DNA from: Enoplolaimus lenunculus
Taxonomy: Eukaryota
Length of the DNA stretch: 34,091 nt
Assembly (NCBI GenBank): GCA_030248215.1
Contig: JASANG010001649.1
Location: forward strand, 558,001-592,091
Direction of reading: 5' to 3'
This document shows positions 22,819 through 32,972 of the stretch, one piece after another. A model generated the notes under the pieces. That model saw only the letters and a list, made by a program, of their open reading frames with translations, had not been told where the DNA came from and ran no database searches. How positions within the stretch are numbered: position 1 is the first letter of the stretch; each line of letters opens with the position of its first letter. The position numbers were made by a program, and so were the translations under genes.

Positions 22819-23217
22819 TGTAAAGAAGTGACTGCCCTGTCATCTTGCTCTTTTTGAATCCGGTTTTATTGGCCCGGTTACTGCCGAAAATAGAGCAAGA
22901 AGGGCATATTCAGCAATCTGCGTACTGTATGCAGCGGGGACAGGATTTTCAGCATCGCAAGTTTGCGATCCTGCATTTTACTGATTCCCAAGCACTTTGA
23001 ATGGTAATTGAATTCGGATTAATTTGAGGTACCAGAGTTTTTGTACCCCTGTTCCTAATATATACTCTCTATTTACGACCCACATTGGGGCGGGTCAAAC
23101 ACACACAGCTGTGTGTGTTTCTTTTTGTCTTGCTTTGTTGGTTTCCTGTTGTCTGGTCTTTAACTCTATGTAGCTGCTTTGCAGCTTTCTGCAGCTGGCT
23201 TCTCGAACTAGTATACA

Positions 23218-23323
23218 ATTTGCATAAATTTATTACTTTTCGAAAAATTATCGAAATTTATGCAAATTTCGAATTTTAGTATGCAAATTAACCTTCAATT
23301 AGCCACAATTATCGGCTATAAAA
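23218..23323 (+). promoter_or_regulatory. 5' LTR promoter: three octamers plus TATA (repeated at 26222-26327)
   Basis: ATTTGCAT 23218, ATGCAAAT 23260 and 23281, TATAAAA 23317; AATAAA at 23499. Confidence 0.7.
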
Positions 23324-24601
23324 GCGCTCAAACCGCAGTTCAAGGAGCGCAGTTGTCGAATTTTGTCGGAAAACGTTGCTGGTAACAAACGTTCTGCGCT
23401 TGATTCAACTATGTTATTTCTGATGTTTTTATGGCTTTTGTTATTTGTTAATTTTTTTAAGGTCCACAGGTATGTGGACCTGTTTCTTTCTAATTATTAA
23501 TAAAATGGTTACTATTTACTATCTATTATGTGTAATAAGCGATTAAGCGATCACTTCTCGCAGCAGTCGGAGGTGTATACAACATCCCGAGACCGCATGA
23601 CCGCGAGCATCTTAGTGTACGGTGGGCGGCAGTCTATCCGTTAGGGGCTCAGGCCCGAGAAACGAAAAGTTTCACACGAACCACGCGCATGAAGGTAAAT
23701 TGTTTTCATTTTGTGCGTTTTATACTAATAACTTGTCAGGCCTGACTCTTTTTGCTAAAATCCGTCTAGTTTTCGGGATTAGTAATGCTTAGGCAGTGCG
23801 CAGGCTTAGGCAATCCACCCGCATGGTGGGGTCTAAGCCTAATCGTTTACATAGTATTTATTATACACACACGGGATTCTTAGCCGTTCAATTTCGCTCT
23901 GTCCCGGGACGTCCGCCCCTTTCCTCCCTCTTTGTACATATCACGCTTGAACCTACCCGTATTTTTCTCGGTTCTTTGAGTGCTTATGCTAGTCACGCGC
24001 GCGCTGAGCTTAGGCTGAGTTTGAGTTGCCTGAGTTCTTAATTTCTGTAACTTGGGTGCTAGTTGGATTATTGCACCTAAGAAGTTTTATCGGTTTTTGG
24101 CTAAGAACTAACTATAGCCGAATTAAGTCTATTACGAAGTTTTATACAATCGGTGGATATTTCTAGTTCTTTTCGGTTTAAATTCGTGACGCGCGATCAG
24201 AATTTGGTTATTCGTAAATTTGCGTCGCGTATAGAATTTGGATATCAGTGTCGCGATGATAATCTTTGCGCGAAACTTAATTATTCGGAAATTTGCGGCG
24301 CTCATAAATCGCCGTTATTCGCGCCGCCCTAATTTTTATCCGATTGTCACCCGGTAGAGTGACAGCGTGTACTTTCTAGTCAGATTCGCTGGCGGGATCT
24401 TACAGTGAACTTGTGTCGGTTTGCGCTTATTTTTCGGCGATCGGTTTCTCGCAAGGACGCTTATGCCTAGGGTATTCAGCTGGATTTCCTTGCTTTGGCG
24501 TGATGCTTTTAGGCTAAGTGGAGTTACCGTTCTCCGAAAGTGGGTGCATTCCGACTTGGTTGTGCTGGGGGTGATTGCCATTTTTGCGGATCCCCGTGAT
24601 T

Positions 24602-24779
24602 CCCTGTGTTGGTGACTTTGGGACGAACCTACCCCAGTCGCGGGCCTAGCGTAGCGCAACGCATTCGATTATTTTCCATCCATAAGCAGAAAGTTGCCGA
24701 GGGTAGGCGGCGCTGTTTTTACTTTCTGACTTATATGGGGGCTACTCCAGCTTTCATATAAGGTCGCCATACACAGGGG
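24602..24779 (+). ncRNA. Predicted structured cis-RNA element (kissing loop) in the LTR
   Basis: Outer stem ccctgtgttggtgac/gtcgccatacacaggg; inner stem cagaaagt/actttctg; loops CCTACCC (24628) and GGGTAGG (24701). Confidence 0.55.
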
Positions 24780-25809
24780 TCGCATGACCCAATCCCTAAA
24801 ATATTTTACTTATTCCCCTTGTATATAGTTAAGTTAATCGCCCCCTAATTGTTTGCGTTATCTAATTTAGTAATGTTTTAGATTTTACAGACTAACTAGT
24901 TGACATGTGCGATCGCCCGTCTATATTTAGTCGCCCTATTTATATCGACTAATACGGTTTGCACGGTAGTGCAAACCTATTGGCAGTTACACTTCTGATC
25001 GCGATATCCACATCCGGAGAAAACAACCGTAAGACACAAGCATACACTAGTCTCCAGAAAAGTAAGTATTGTCTTTTTGGCATTTTAATTGTTGTCTGAA
25101 TGTGGTACGGTCTGAAATCTAGTCACATGATGTTTTAACAATTTTTCGGTTGCTTTAAATTTTTCTACAACACTATAGATCTCAGCCGAAAACACCGCAA
25201 TTCTAGCTATGTTCTGGTCTCACAAATCATCTCATTAATAGTTCAGTAAATTCAGTTAAGCAGTAGCAATAGCAGAATGTTGTTCATTTGTATTTATTTC
25301 TAAACAATTGTAACTTTAGGTTTCCTTCCAGTCATATGGTCACCGACAGCAGTCGTGTGACACTTCAAGCGATAATGCTGTTTAAGTGTGATGTTATTGA
25401 TTCCTGTTAGCTGGATCTCAAGAAACGGTTAAAAAAAATCGGCGATGAATTTTCAATGGCATTCCAGAGAAATAATGATGATTATTATTATTGTTAAGCA
25501 TCACATTTATATATTTATTCGTTCATAGATCATTGTAATGCTTTTTGCAGAGCGTGGCGTGCTTTATGTGAAAATTTTTCTACAGAATTTTTTCGATATT
25601 AGCTCGCATCAAAGTTTTAGCAACTTATATTTCAAACAACTAATTTTCGGTTTTCTGACCTATGGGTACCTGACTTCTGCAATTGCACACGGATCCACTG
25701 TAGTCTTTTCACCGCAAGTTGTCAGTTGCAGTCGCTTCTTTGGAATCCTTTTTTCTTTTATATTATTCTGTCGTTGCAGAACGCAAGTCCCGATGTGGGC
25801 ATCGGGCTT

Positions 25810-25822
25810 AAAGAAAGGAGGA
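25810..25822 (+). other. Polypurine tract (plus-strand primer site)
   Basis: 13 consecutive purines directly before the TG of the 3' LTR, preceded by the hairpin at 25785-25809. Confidence 0.85.
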
Positions 25823-27739
25823 TGTAAAGAAGTGACTGCCCTGTCATCTTGCTCTTTTTGAATCCAGTTTTATTGGCCCGGTTACTGCCGAAAATAGAGC
25901 AAGAAGGGCATATTCAGCAATCTGCGTACTGTATGCAGCGGGGACAGGATTTTCAGCATCGCAAGTTTGCGATCCTGCATTTTACTGATTCCCAAGCACT
26001 TTGAATGGTAATTGAATTCGGATTAATTTGAGGTACCAGAGTTTTTGTACCCCTGTTCCTAATATATACTCTCTATTTACGACCCACATTGGGGCGGGTC
26101 AAACACACACAGCTGTGTGTGTTTCTTTTTGTCTTGCTTTGTTGGTTTCCTGTTGTCTGGTCTTTAACTCTATGTAGCTGCTTTGCAGCTTTCTGCAGCT
26201 GGCTTCTCGAACTAGTATACAATTTGCATAAATTTATTACTTTTCGAAAAATTATCGAAATTTATGCAAATTTCGAATTTTAGTATGCAAATTAACCTTC
26301 AATTAGCCACAATTATCGGCTATAAAAGCGCTCAAACCGCAGTTCAAGGAGCGCAGTTGTCGAATTTTGTCGGAAAACGTTGCTGGTAACAAACGTTCTG
26401 CGCTTGATTCAACTATGTTATTTCTGATGTTTTTATGGCTTTTGTTATTTGTTAATTTTTTTAAGGTCCACAGGTATGTGGACCTGTTTCTTTCTAATTA
26501 TTAATAAAATGGTTACTATTTACTATCTATTATGTGTAATAAGCGATTAAGCGATCACTTCTCGCAGCAGTCGGAGGTGTATACAACATCCCGAGACCGC
26601 ATGACCGCGAGCATCTTAGTGTACGGTGGGCGGCAGTCTATCCGTTAGGGGCTCAGGCCCGAGAAACGAAAAGTTTCACACGAACCACGCGCATGAAGGT
26701 AAATTGTTTTCATTTTGTGCGTTTTATACTAATAACTTGTCAGGCCTGACTCTTTTTGCTAAAATCCGTCTAGTTTTCGGGATTAGTAATGCTTAGGCAG
26801 TGCGCAGGCTTAGGCAATCCACCCGCATGGTGGGGTCTAAGCCTAATCGTTTACATAGTATTTATTATACACACACGGGATTCTTAGCCGTTCAATTTCG
26901 CTCTGTCCCGGGACGTCCGCCCCTTTCCTCCCTCTTTGTACATATCACGCTTGAACCTACCCGTATTTTTCTCGGTTCTTTGAGTGCTTATGCTAGTCAC
27001 GCGCGCGCTGAGCTTAGGCTGAGTTTGAGTTGCCTGAGTTCTTAATTTCTGTAACTTGGGTGCTAGTTGGATTATTGCACCTAAGAAGTTTTATCGGTTT
27101 TTGGCTAAGAACTAACTATAGCCGAATTAAGTCTATTACGAAGTTTTATACAATCGGTGGATATTTCTAGTTCTTTTCGGTTTAAATTCGTGACGCGCGA
27201 TCAGAATTTGGTTATTCGTAAATTTGCGTCGCGTATAGAATTTGGATATCAGTGTCGCGATGATAATCTTTGCGCGAAACTTAATTATTCGGAAATTTGC
27301 GGCGCTCATAAATCGCCGTTATTCGCGCCGCCCTAATTTTTATCCGATTGTCACCCGGTAGAGTGACAGCGTGTACTTTCTAGTCAGATTCGCTGGCGGG
27401 ATCTTACAGTGAACTTGTGTCGGTTTGCGCTTATTTTTCGGCGATCGGTTTCTCGCAAGGACGCTTATGCCTAGGGTATTCAGCTGGATTTCCTTGCTTT
27501 GGCGTGATGCTTTTAGGCTAAGTGGAGTTACCGTTCTCCGAAAGTGGGTGCATTCCGACTTGGTTGTGCTGGGGGTGATTGCCATTTTTGCGGATCCCCG
27601 TGATTCCCTGTGTTGGTGACTTTGGGACGAACCTACCCCAGTCGCGGGCCTAGCGTAGCGCAACGCATTCGATTATTTTCCATCCATAAGCAGAAAGTTG
27701 CCGAGGGTAGGCGGCGCTGTTTTTACTTTCTGACTTATA

Positions 27740-27990
27740 CGGTATAGCCAGGAATTTTTAGGCGCTTTTTCTATTGAGAATACAAATAATTCCGGTGAGA
27801 TGTTTATAAAACGTTACACCCTATAAATATTCCTGACTGCTTTTCCGTGCCAATTTTTAGGCTAAAAACTTTTCTGGAACGATGGGTGTATAGCCAAAAT
27901 TTTCGAAAGGGTGTAATAACGTTCTACGAATATTTCTTGGGAATTCTTTGTGTTCCAAATTGACAGTGCCCATAAAAGTTCCTGGACAAA
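27740..27990. mobile_element. Probable TA-targeting DNA transposon end that interrupts the 3' LTR (right boundary unknown)
   Basis: LTR identity stops at TA (27738-27739), followed by CGGTATAGCCAGGAATTTTTAGG, which starts like the TIR of the 20560-21001 MITE (CGGTATT). Imperfect inverted copies at ~27820 and ~27968. Confidence 0.45.
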
Positions 27991-29201
27991 AATGATAAAC
28001 GTGTATTTGTCTTCTAAGCTTTTCCTATTTACACTCGTGGTTACTACCAAGCTTGTGAAGCTCTCAGTTTGGTACCTTTGCGATATAGACTATTTGGCTG
28101 ATTTACACCGGTATTGGTGCGAAAAAACTTGACGCAATACGTGGGTTGAACAATGATTTGGAACCTACAAAACAAAAACTACAACCGTCTATACCAAAGA
28201 TCGTAGGTCCGGTTGTTGTTGTAAGGAAATGTCACCCTTTAAAAGGTTGGCCCATGTAAAGATTAGTGGACTGAACGTTTTTTGCGGGAGTGTAATGGTG
28301 TAAACGTAAGCATAAGACGAATTTCTTGCTTAACTTGGTTTCGGCTTAAGATGTTTTACTTAGGCTTCGGTTAGGCATAAGCTAATTCTTACACTTAGTC
28401 TCAGATTTGGCTTAGACTTGTGCTTTGGAATATGCCTATCTACTGTTACGACTCTGTTCTATACATTGGCCGAACGGGTGATCATTCAAAATTTAAACCA
28501 AACTGAAATCCGATTTTATACCTCAGGCGTTTTGGATGCAAACTTGGCGACTTTTTATTCCAAATGCGTTGTTTTATTTTGCGCGTGTATCGTACTTAAC
28601 ATGTGGTTCAGGAAAAATTTTCAACACTTTGAAGCTGAGCGGACTCATTGCGTCAGGGCCGTCCTGGAACGATAGATGGAGCTTCCCAAAAAAGCAGACA
28701 TTCGAGCTGACTCTCGGCAAAGGACGACCCGGGGAGGGCTTCAGCCATATCCTGGAAGTATTTTGCACTCGCCTTAGACAATCTTCAACCTTGCTTGTAA
28801 GTTATCGCAAAACCCTTGCAAATCGTTATTAATATTTAGTTTGCACTTTGCAACTTAAGGTATTTCTCGATTAATAAATAGACTTATCGACCCAGATTAG
28901 TTAATCCGATGGTTGCGTTAAGCCTAATGGGGCAGAAACCTGCAAGAAAAAAAATTCTTAACTTAAAATGCTTTCAATGCTCCCATGAATTTTTTGGCCA
29001 GAGAGTCGCAGATGTCCGCAAGGAAAAGCGGACACTTCTTACCCAACCACGTAAGTAGTTGCGGAAAGTCGCGCAAACGCTTTTACTACGTTGCACGTGC
29101 CCTTTACAATAGAAACTGTATAAATGCAAATGCCTGCCTGGTTAGTTTCAACATGGATTGTGCGGGATTCCGGGTATTTAACGCTTTTTTACTGAATAAA
29201 T

Positions 29202-29404
29202 GGCCCATGTTACTTTAAGGAGCGTCCAGGTTTCTGGTGGGTCTATAAAATATTAGGTCTAGATTCTAGATTACATTCTTTTGCTTAGTCTTATGCTTAG
29301 GCTTAGGCTTACGCTTAGGCTTAGGAATTCATTTTTGCAACGCAAAGGCTTAAGCTTGGGAATACGCTTAATCCACTGTTACGCCCCATAAAGTAACATT
29401 GGCC
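29202..29404. mobile_element. MITE with 24-bp GGCC-ended TIRs and internal (TTAGGC)n, PIF/Harbinger-like
   Basis: GGCCCATGTTACTTTAAGGAGCGT ... ACGCCCCATAAAGTAACATTGGCC (3 mismatches); TTAGGC run at ~29285-29325. Confidence 0.75.
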
Positions 29405-30971
29405 GAAGAAATAGTCACCTACTGGTTTAATGAACGGTGATTCGTAGGTGAAATATTTCTCGCGTTTAAAAATCAATCGTTTGTTTGCTGTTTTATCCAA
29501 CCGGACTGTGATTTTTTGGTTCTAATGTGTCTTTTCTGTCGCAACTAGCGTTTACTTCAGGCATATGTTGTCGTTAAAAAATACACGCAGGTAATTGCGC
29601 TTTTAAGATTTTAGACTAAAGATTCGCGCGTTACGAAAACTATAAAGACATTAACAGGGCGCTGCAACAAAAAAAGCCAGGGGGTTTTGTACATGGTTTC
29701 CCCACGTTTAATGTCAAGGCTTTGCCTCACGATCAGGCTTAATAGGCAAGGGCTCGAGATTTTGCTTTAGGCATAGGACGGCTTTGTCCTAAACTTAAGG
29801 CTAAAGCCTACGTCTGATCGTGTAGTCAAGCGTATATGACTTCAAGCATAAACGTGCGAAATTTCAGATTTCGTTTAGCTAGTTCAAACGTTACACGACC
29901 TATCACCAAGTTATGATTGCTGCCAGATACACAAGGTTGAGAGTATAGATAGCTGTAAACTTATTGAAGTTACCGCTTTAGGTTTTCGTCGGTTGACGAA
30001 AGAATGTTTCAAACAAAGACAAAATTGAAGATATTATTTTTTAAAGTAATTAAACTCACGAATAATTACCAACTTAAAACTTGTCCGTGAAAGCCTAAAA
30101 ATTTACTAGACATTTTCTTACATTTTGTACTATAATGTAGTTTGTTTGTCGTCAAGCTTTAAAGATTCATAACATTAGCAATTTGGGTAGGGTCGTTATT
30201 TTGAATACACACTGTGCGCAGTTGTTATCATTAATTCGGCAGCATATTAATAGCGTGATTATAATTCCTGATTTTTTTTTCAAAACTCCGTCTACACAAT
30301 TTTAGATCTGATTATCAATTTGAGAAATTGAGTAATTTCTTTTAGAAACAAAACTAAATTACATCATGACTTTTGTTCAAGTTACATTAAAATTTAAATA
30401 TTTTTGATTGATGCTAAAGATTCGGTTGGATAATTTGAGCCAATGCTTTTAATTGTAGACATGTTTGAAGCCTCTGCGATTATTCAAAGTCTCAAACTGC
30501 TATACCTAAATTGTTTATCATTTATGGGTATTAGTAAATTTTCCATCGTTAAATTGAAGAGGGAAGGGCAACAACAGGGGGAGGGGGTGGAAAAACCGGA
30601 GCCAGAACCGCAAATAAAAACAAATTTTCTCCTAAACGAAATTAATAGCTGCAGCAGAATCAAGTACTGAAAATGATGCGGAAAGTCCTAATTTTAACAA
30701 TAACCTGTAAAGTGTTGACTGGTGACAAATGACTGTTTTTACGCTCTGTCTTTGAGAAATCTCCGCTATGAAGTTTAACAAAAAATAGTTTTCACAAATT
30801 AACTTGATTTGAATATACTAAAACCTCACAGTCATAGAAGTACCATCCTCGACACATTTTATTAGCCAAAATTTAAATACTTAAGTCAAAACAACAGCTC
30901 AAGCCTGAAAGCGATAGCGTACTTTGACCCTGTTAGACTGCACATATAGCACCAGAAGAAATTACGATATT

Positions 30972-31044
30972 GGCCGCGTGGTATAATGGGTAGCGCGCTT
31001 GACTCGCGAGCGATAGCTCCGAGGATCGATTTCCGGTGTGGCCA
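30972..31044 (+). mobile_element. tRNA-derived SINE head or tRNA pseudogene
   Basis: 73 nt; acceptor stem GGCCGCG/TGTGGCC; A-box TGGTATAATGG; degenerate B-box GGATCGATTTCC; non-canonical anticodon and T arms. Confidence 0.6.
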
Positions 31045-32799
31045 TATCTTTCCGAGAAATTTGAAATTAAGGGGAAAAACCATGTATATTCTCAGTACTT
31101 CTAGGAAAGTGGTCGTCCCGACCGTGCAGTTCTGACAAGACTATAGTCTGTGTTTTATGTCTTTCACAAACGCTTTTATTCAACGTACGTTCCAGCGTCA
31201 TAGTGACGCCATTTGACGTGTAACATCAATTTCGAGGTCAAGAAATCTGCAGCTCTCAATCCGTATTCATTTCAGTTGGGTTAATTTTATGCTGTCTGAT
31301 TGAACCATCGCTAGCGATTTGCCAATTTTATCTTAAGAATCGAGTTATTTAGTCGGTTCTGCGGTGTAGGCTCTCGCCTATTTAAACTGGTCCATTCAAC
31401 ATATTAGGCATAGGCTTAAAATAGTTCGTTTCTTATTTTCGTAAATGATCTATGTTTATCGAACAATTTTATCGTAATTCTACAACCGTACTCGCATGGT
31501 GATTTGCATGTCTGCTGCGTTTAATTTCAGGACGTATTGAGCAAAAACATTCAAGGAAATGTACTCAATTCCTACATAATTTACAAGCAAAGGCCAAAAT
31601 ATTTCTAAGAGGCTGAGTGTCAAGTCCAAGGACCAAGCCCCCGATGCTCACGTTTGGCTATGAACCTGTGTGTAAGTCACACTTTTAAGACGTTAATATT
31701 GTCACAGTTAAACACCGGCTACATCACGCAACATGGGTGTTGCGTGATTTCATGCCGTAAAACTGGCTGAGAATAATTCGATTTTCTTAAACCAAAACTT
31801 CAAACCGCAGCAAAATAAATTTATCTCCGGTAATTTGCGATTGCTTCTAGATTGATTTACCTAAAATTAAATTCGAAACCAAAATTGAGATTTGTCAACT
31901 TACAGTTTTCAACTAGCGCTATATTTGTTCAGCCGAGTTTTCATTTCCTGGGTATGATTTTACTCAAAACTTTTTTTTGTCGAGCGTAGCAATCAATAAT
32001 TTTTTTGAACTTTAGCAAATTGACGTAATAACAAATTTAAAGACTCCTAATATCTTAGATTTTCAAGACATTAATGTCTTGTATTTCAGACATTAAAGGC
32101 CTTAAACAGCTCCGAAATTTGTGTCTGAAACGTTTAAAACATAGATGTGCTATATTTAAGCCAAACCTAAGCTTGTGTTGGACGTATGTTTGGTTGTAAA
32201 ATTATGGAATTTGGTTGAGCTTAAGTCCCAATTTTGAAGGCAACTTTGGTGGCAAATCTTGTTTCTAAAGACATATGTCTCAAAATTTAGCAAGGCAAGT
32301 CTTTTATTTCAGACATTTTTGAAACTTAAAGTAGCATCAATTGCCAGTTTATCAGTTTCGTACCTTTCGAACTTGCAAATTCGTTGATGTTTTGCTGGCA
32401 ACCGATTATACCCTACAGTTGTAGATTGAAGTGTTTGATATTTTTAATCCTATGTAGAACCAAACTTTAATAGCAGAGTTTAAATATAAACAGAATTGAA
32501 TTTTTAGCACAAATACTACAAGTTAACCGTGAATCGAAACACTCACGTCATTTTTAGTATTTGGTTGATTTCAATAATCAAAGTTTTATTTATATAAAAA
32601 TCGGCATAGTGTAAAAATGATAAATTTTGCATATGAAGCAGTTTGTATTAAGTTTCCCTATTGAACTCTGTTTGCATACGCCAAACCAGCAGTCGCACTG
32701 TGACTGTGAGCATGCAGACATGATAGCAATTGGTCCTCAAATACCACACGTTTAATGTACTGCACCCACTTCGGAACGCCAATTCACTTCCAGCTGCGT

Positions 32800-32972
32800 C
32801 GCGTGTATATAGTAGAAATGTAAGTGGGAAAAGGTTTTTTACCCGCGCCACGCTTTACCCGCGGAAATTTTATTTTTCTACCTGCAGGTGTACCAGCATC
32901 AAAATTTTGTTACCCGGCCCGCGTTTCCCGCGAGTACGCGTGAGTAGCGTGCAGTTCACGCGTGTATATAGT
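32800..32972. mobile_element. Short insertion with CCCGC repeats flanked by a 14-bp direct repeat
   Basis: CGCGTGTATATAGT at 32800-32813 and 32959-32972; internal (A/T)CCCGC motifs. Confidence 0.45.

Larger units (their letters stand above)
22819..27739 (+). mobile_element. Young non-autonomous LTR retrotransposon: 5' LTR 22819-25169, internal region 25170-25822, 3' LTR 25823-27739 (interrupted)
   Basis: Direct repeats offset by 3004 bp; I saw one mismatch (G22862/A25866). TGTAAAGAA...TTTTCTACA termini. Polypurine tract AAAGAAAGGAGGA (25810-25822) abuts the second repeat. No gag/pol. Confidence 0.88.

Noticed and set aside
24985..25040. Hammerhead ribozyme (retrozyme) in the LTR
   Set aside because: CTGATCG rather than CTGANGA, and no consistent three-stem fold in both copies.
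25195..25210. Helitron 3' end (CTAG)
   Set aside because: No subterminal GC hairpin, the other copy reads CGAG, and TG...CA ends plus a PPT fit an LTR element better.
23085..27663. Duplicated ORFs in the LTRs (64, 81, 107 and 64 aa)
   Set aside because: They are duplicated only because the LTRs are, have non-ATG starts, show no gag/pol motifs, and are not preserved in the diverged LTR.
30972..31044. Functional tRNA gene
   Set aside because: The T-loop lacks TTC, the anticodon arm is non-canonical and there is no immediate oligo-T terminator. Treated as a SINE head or pseudogene.
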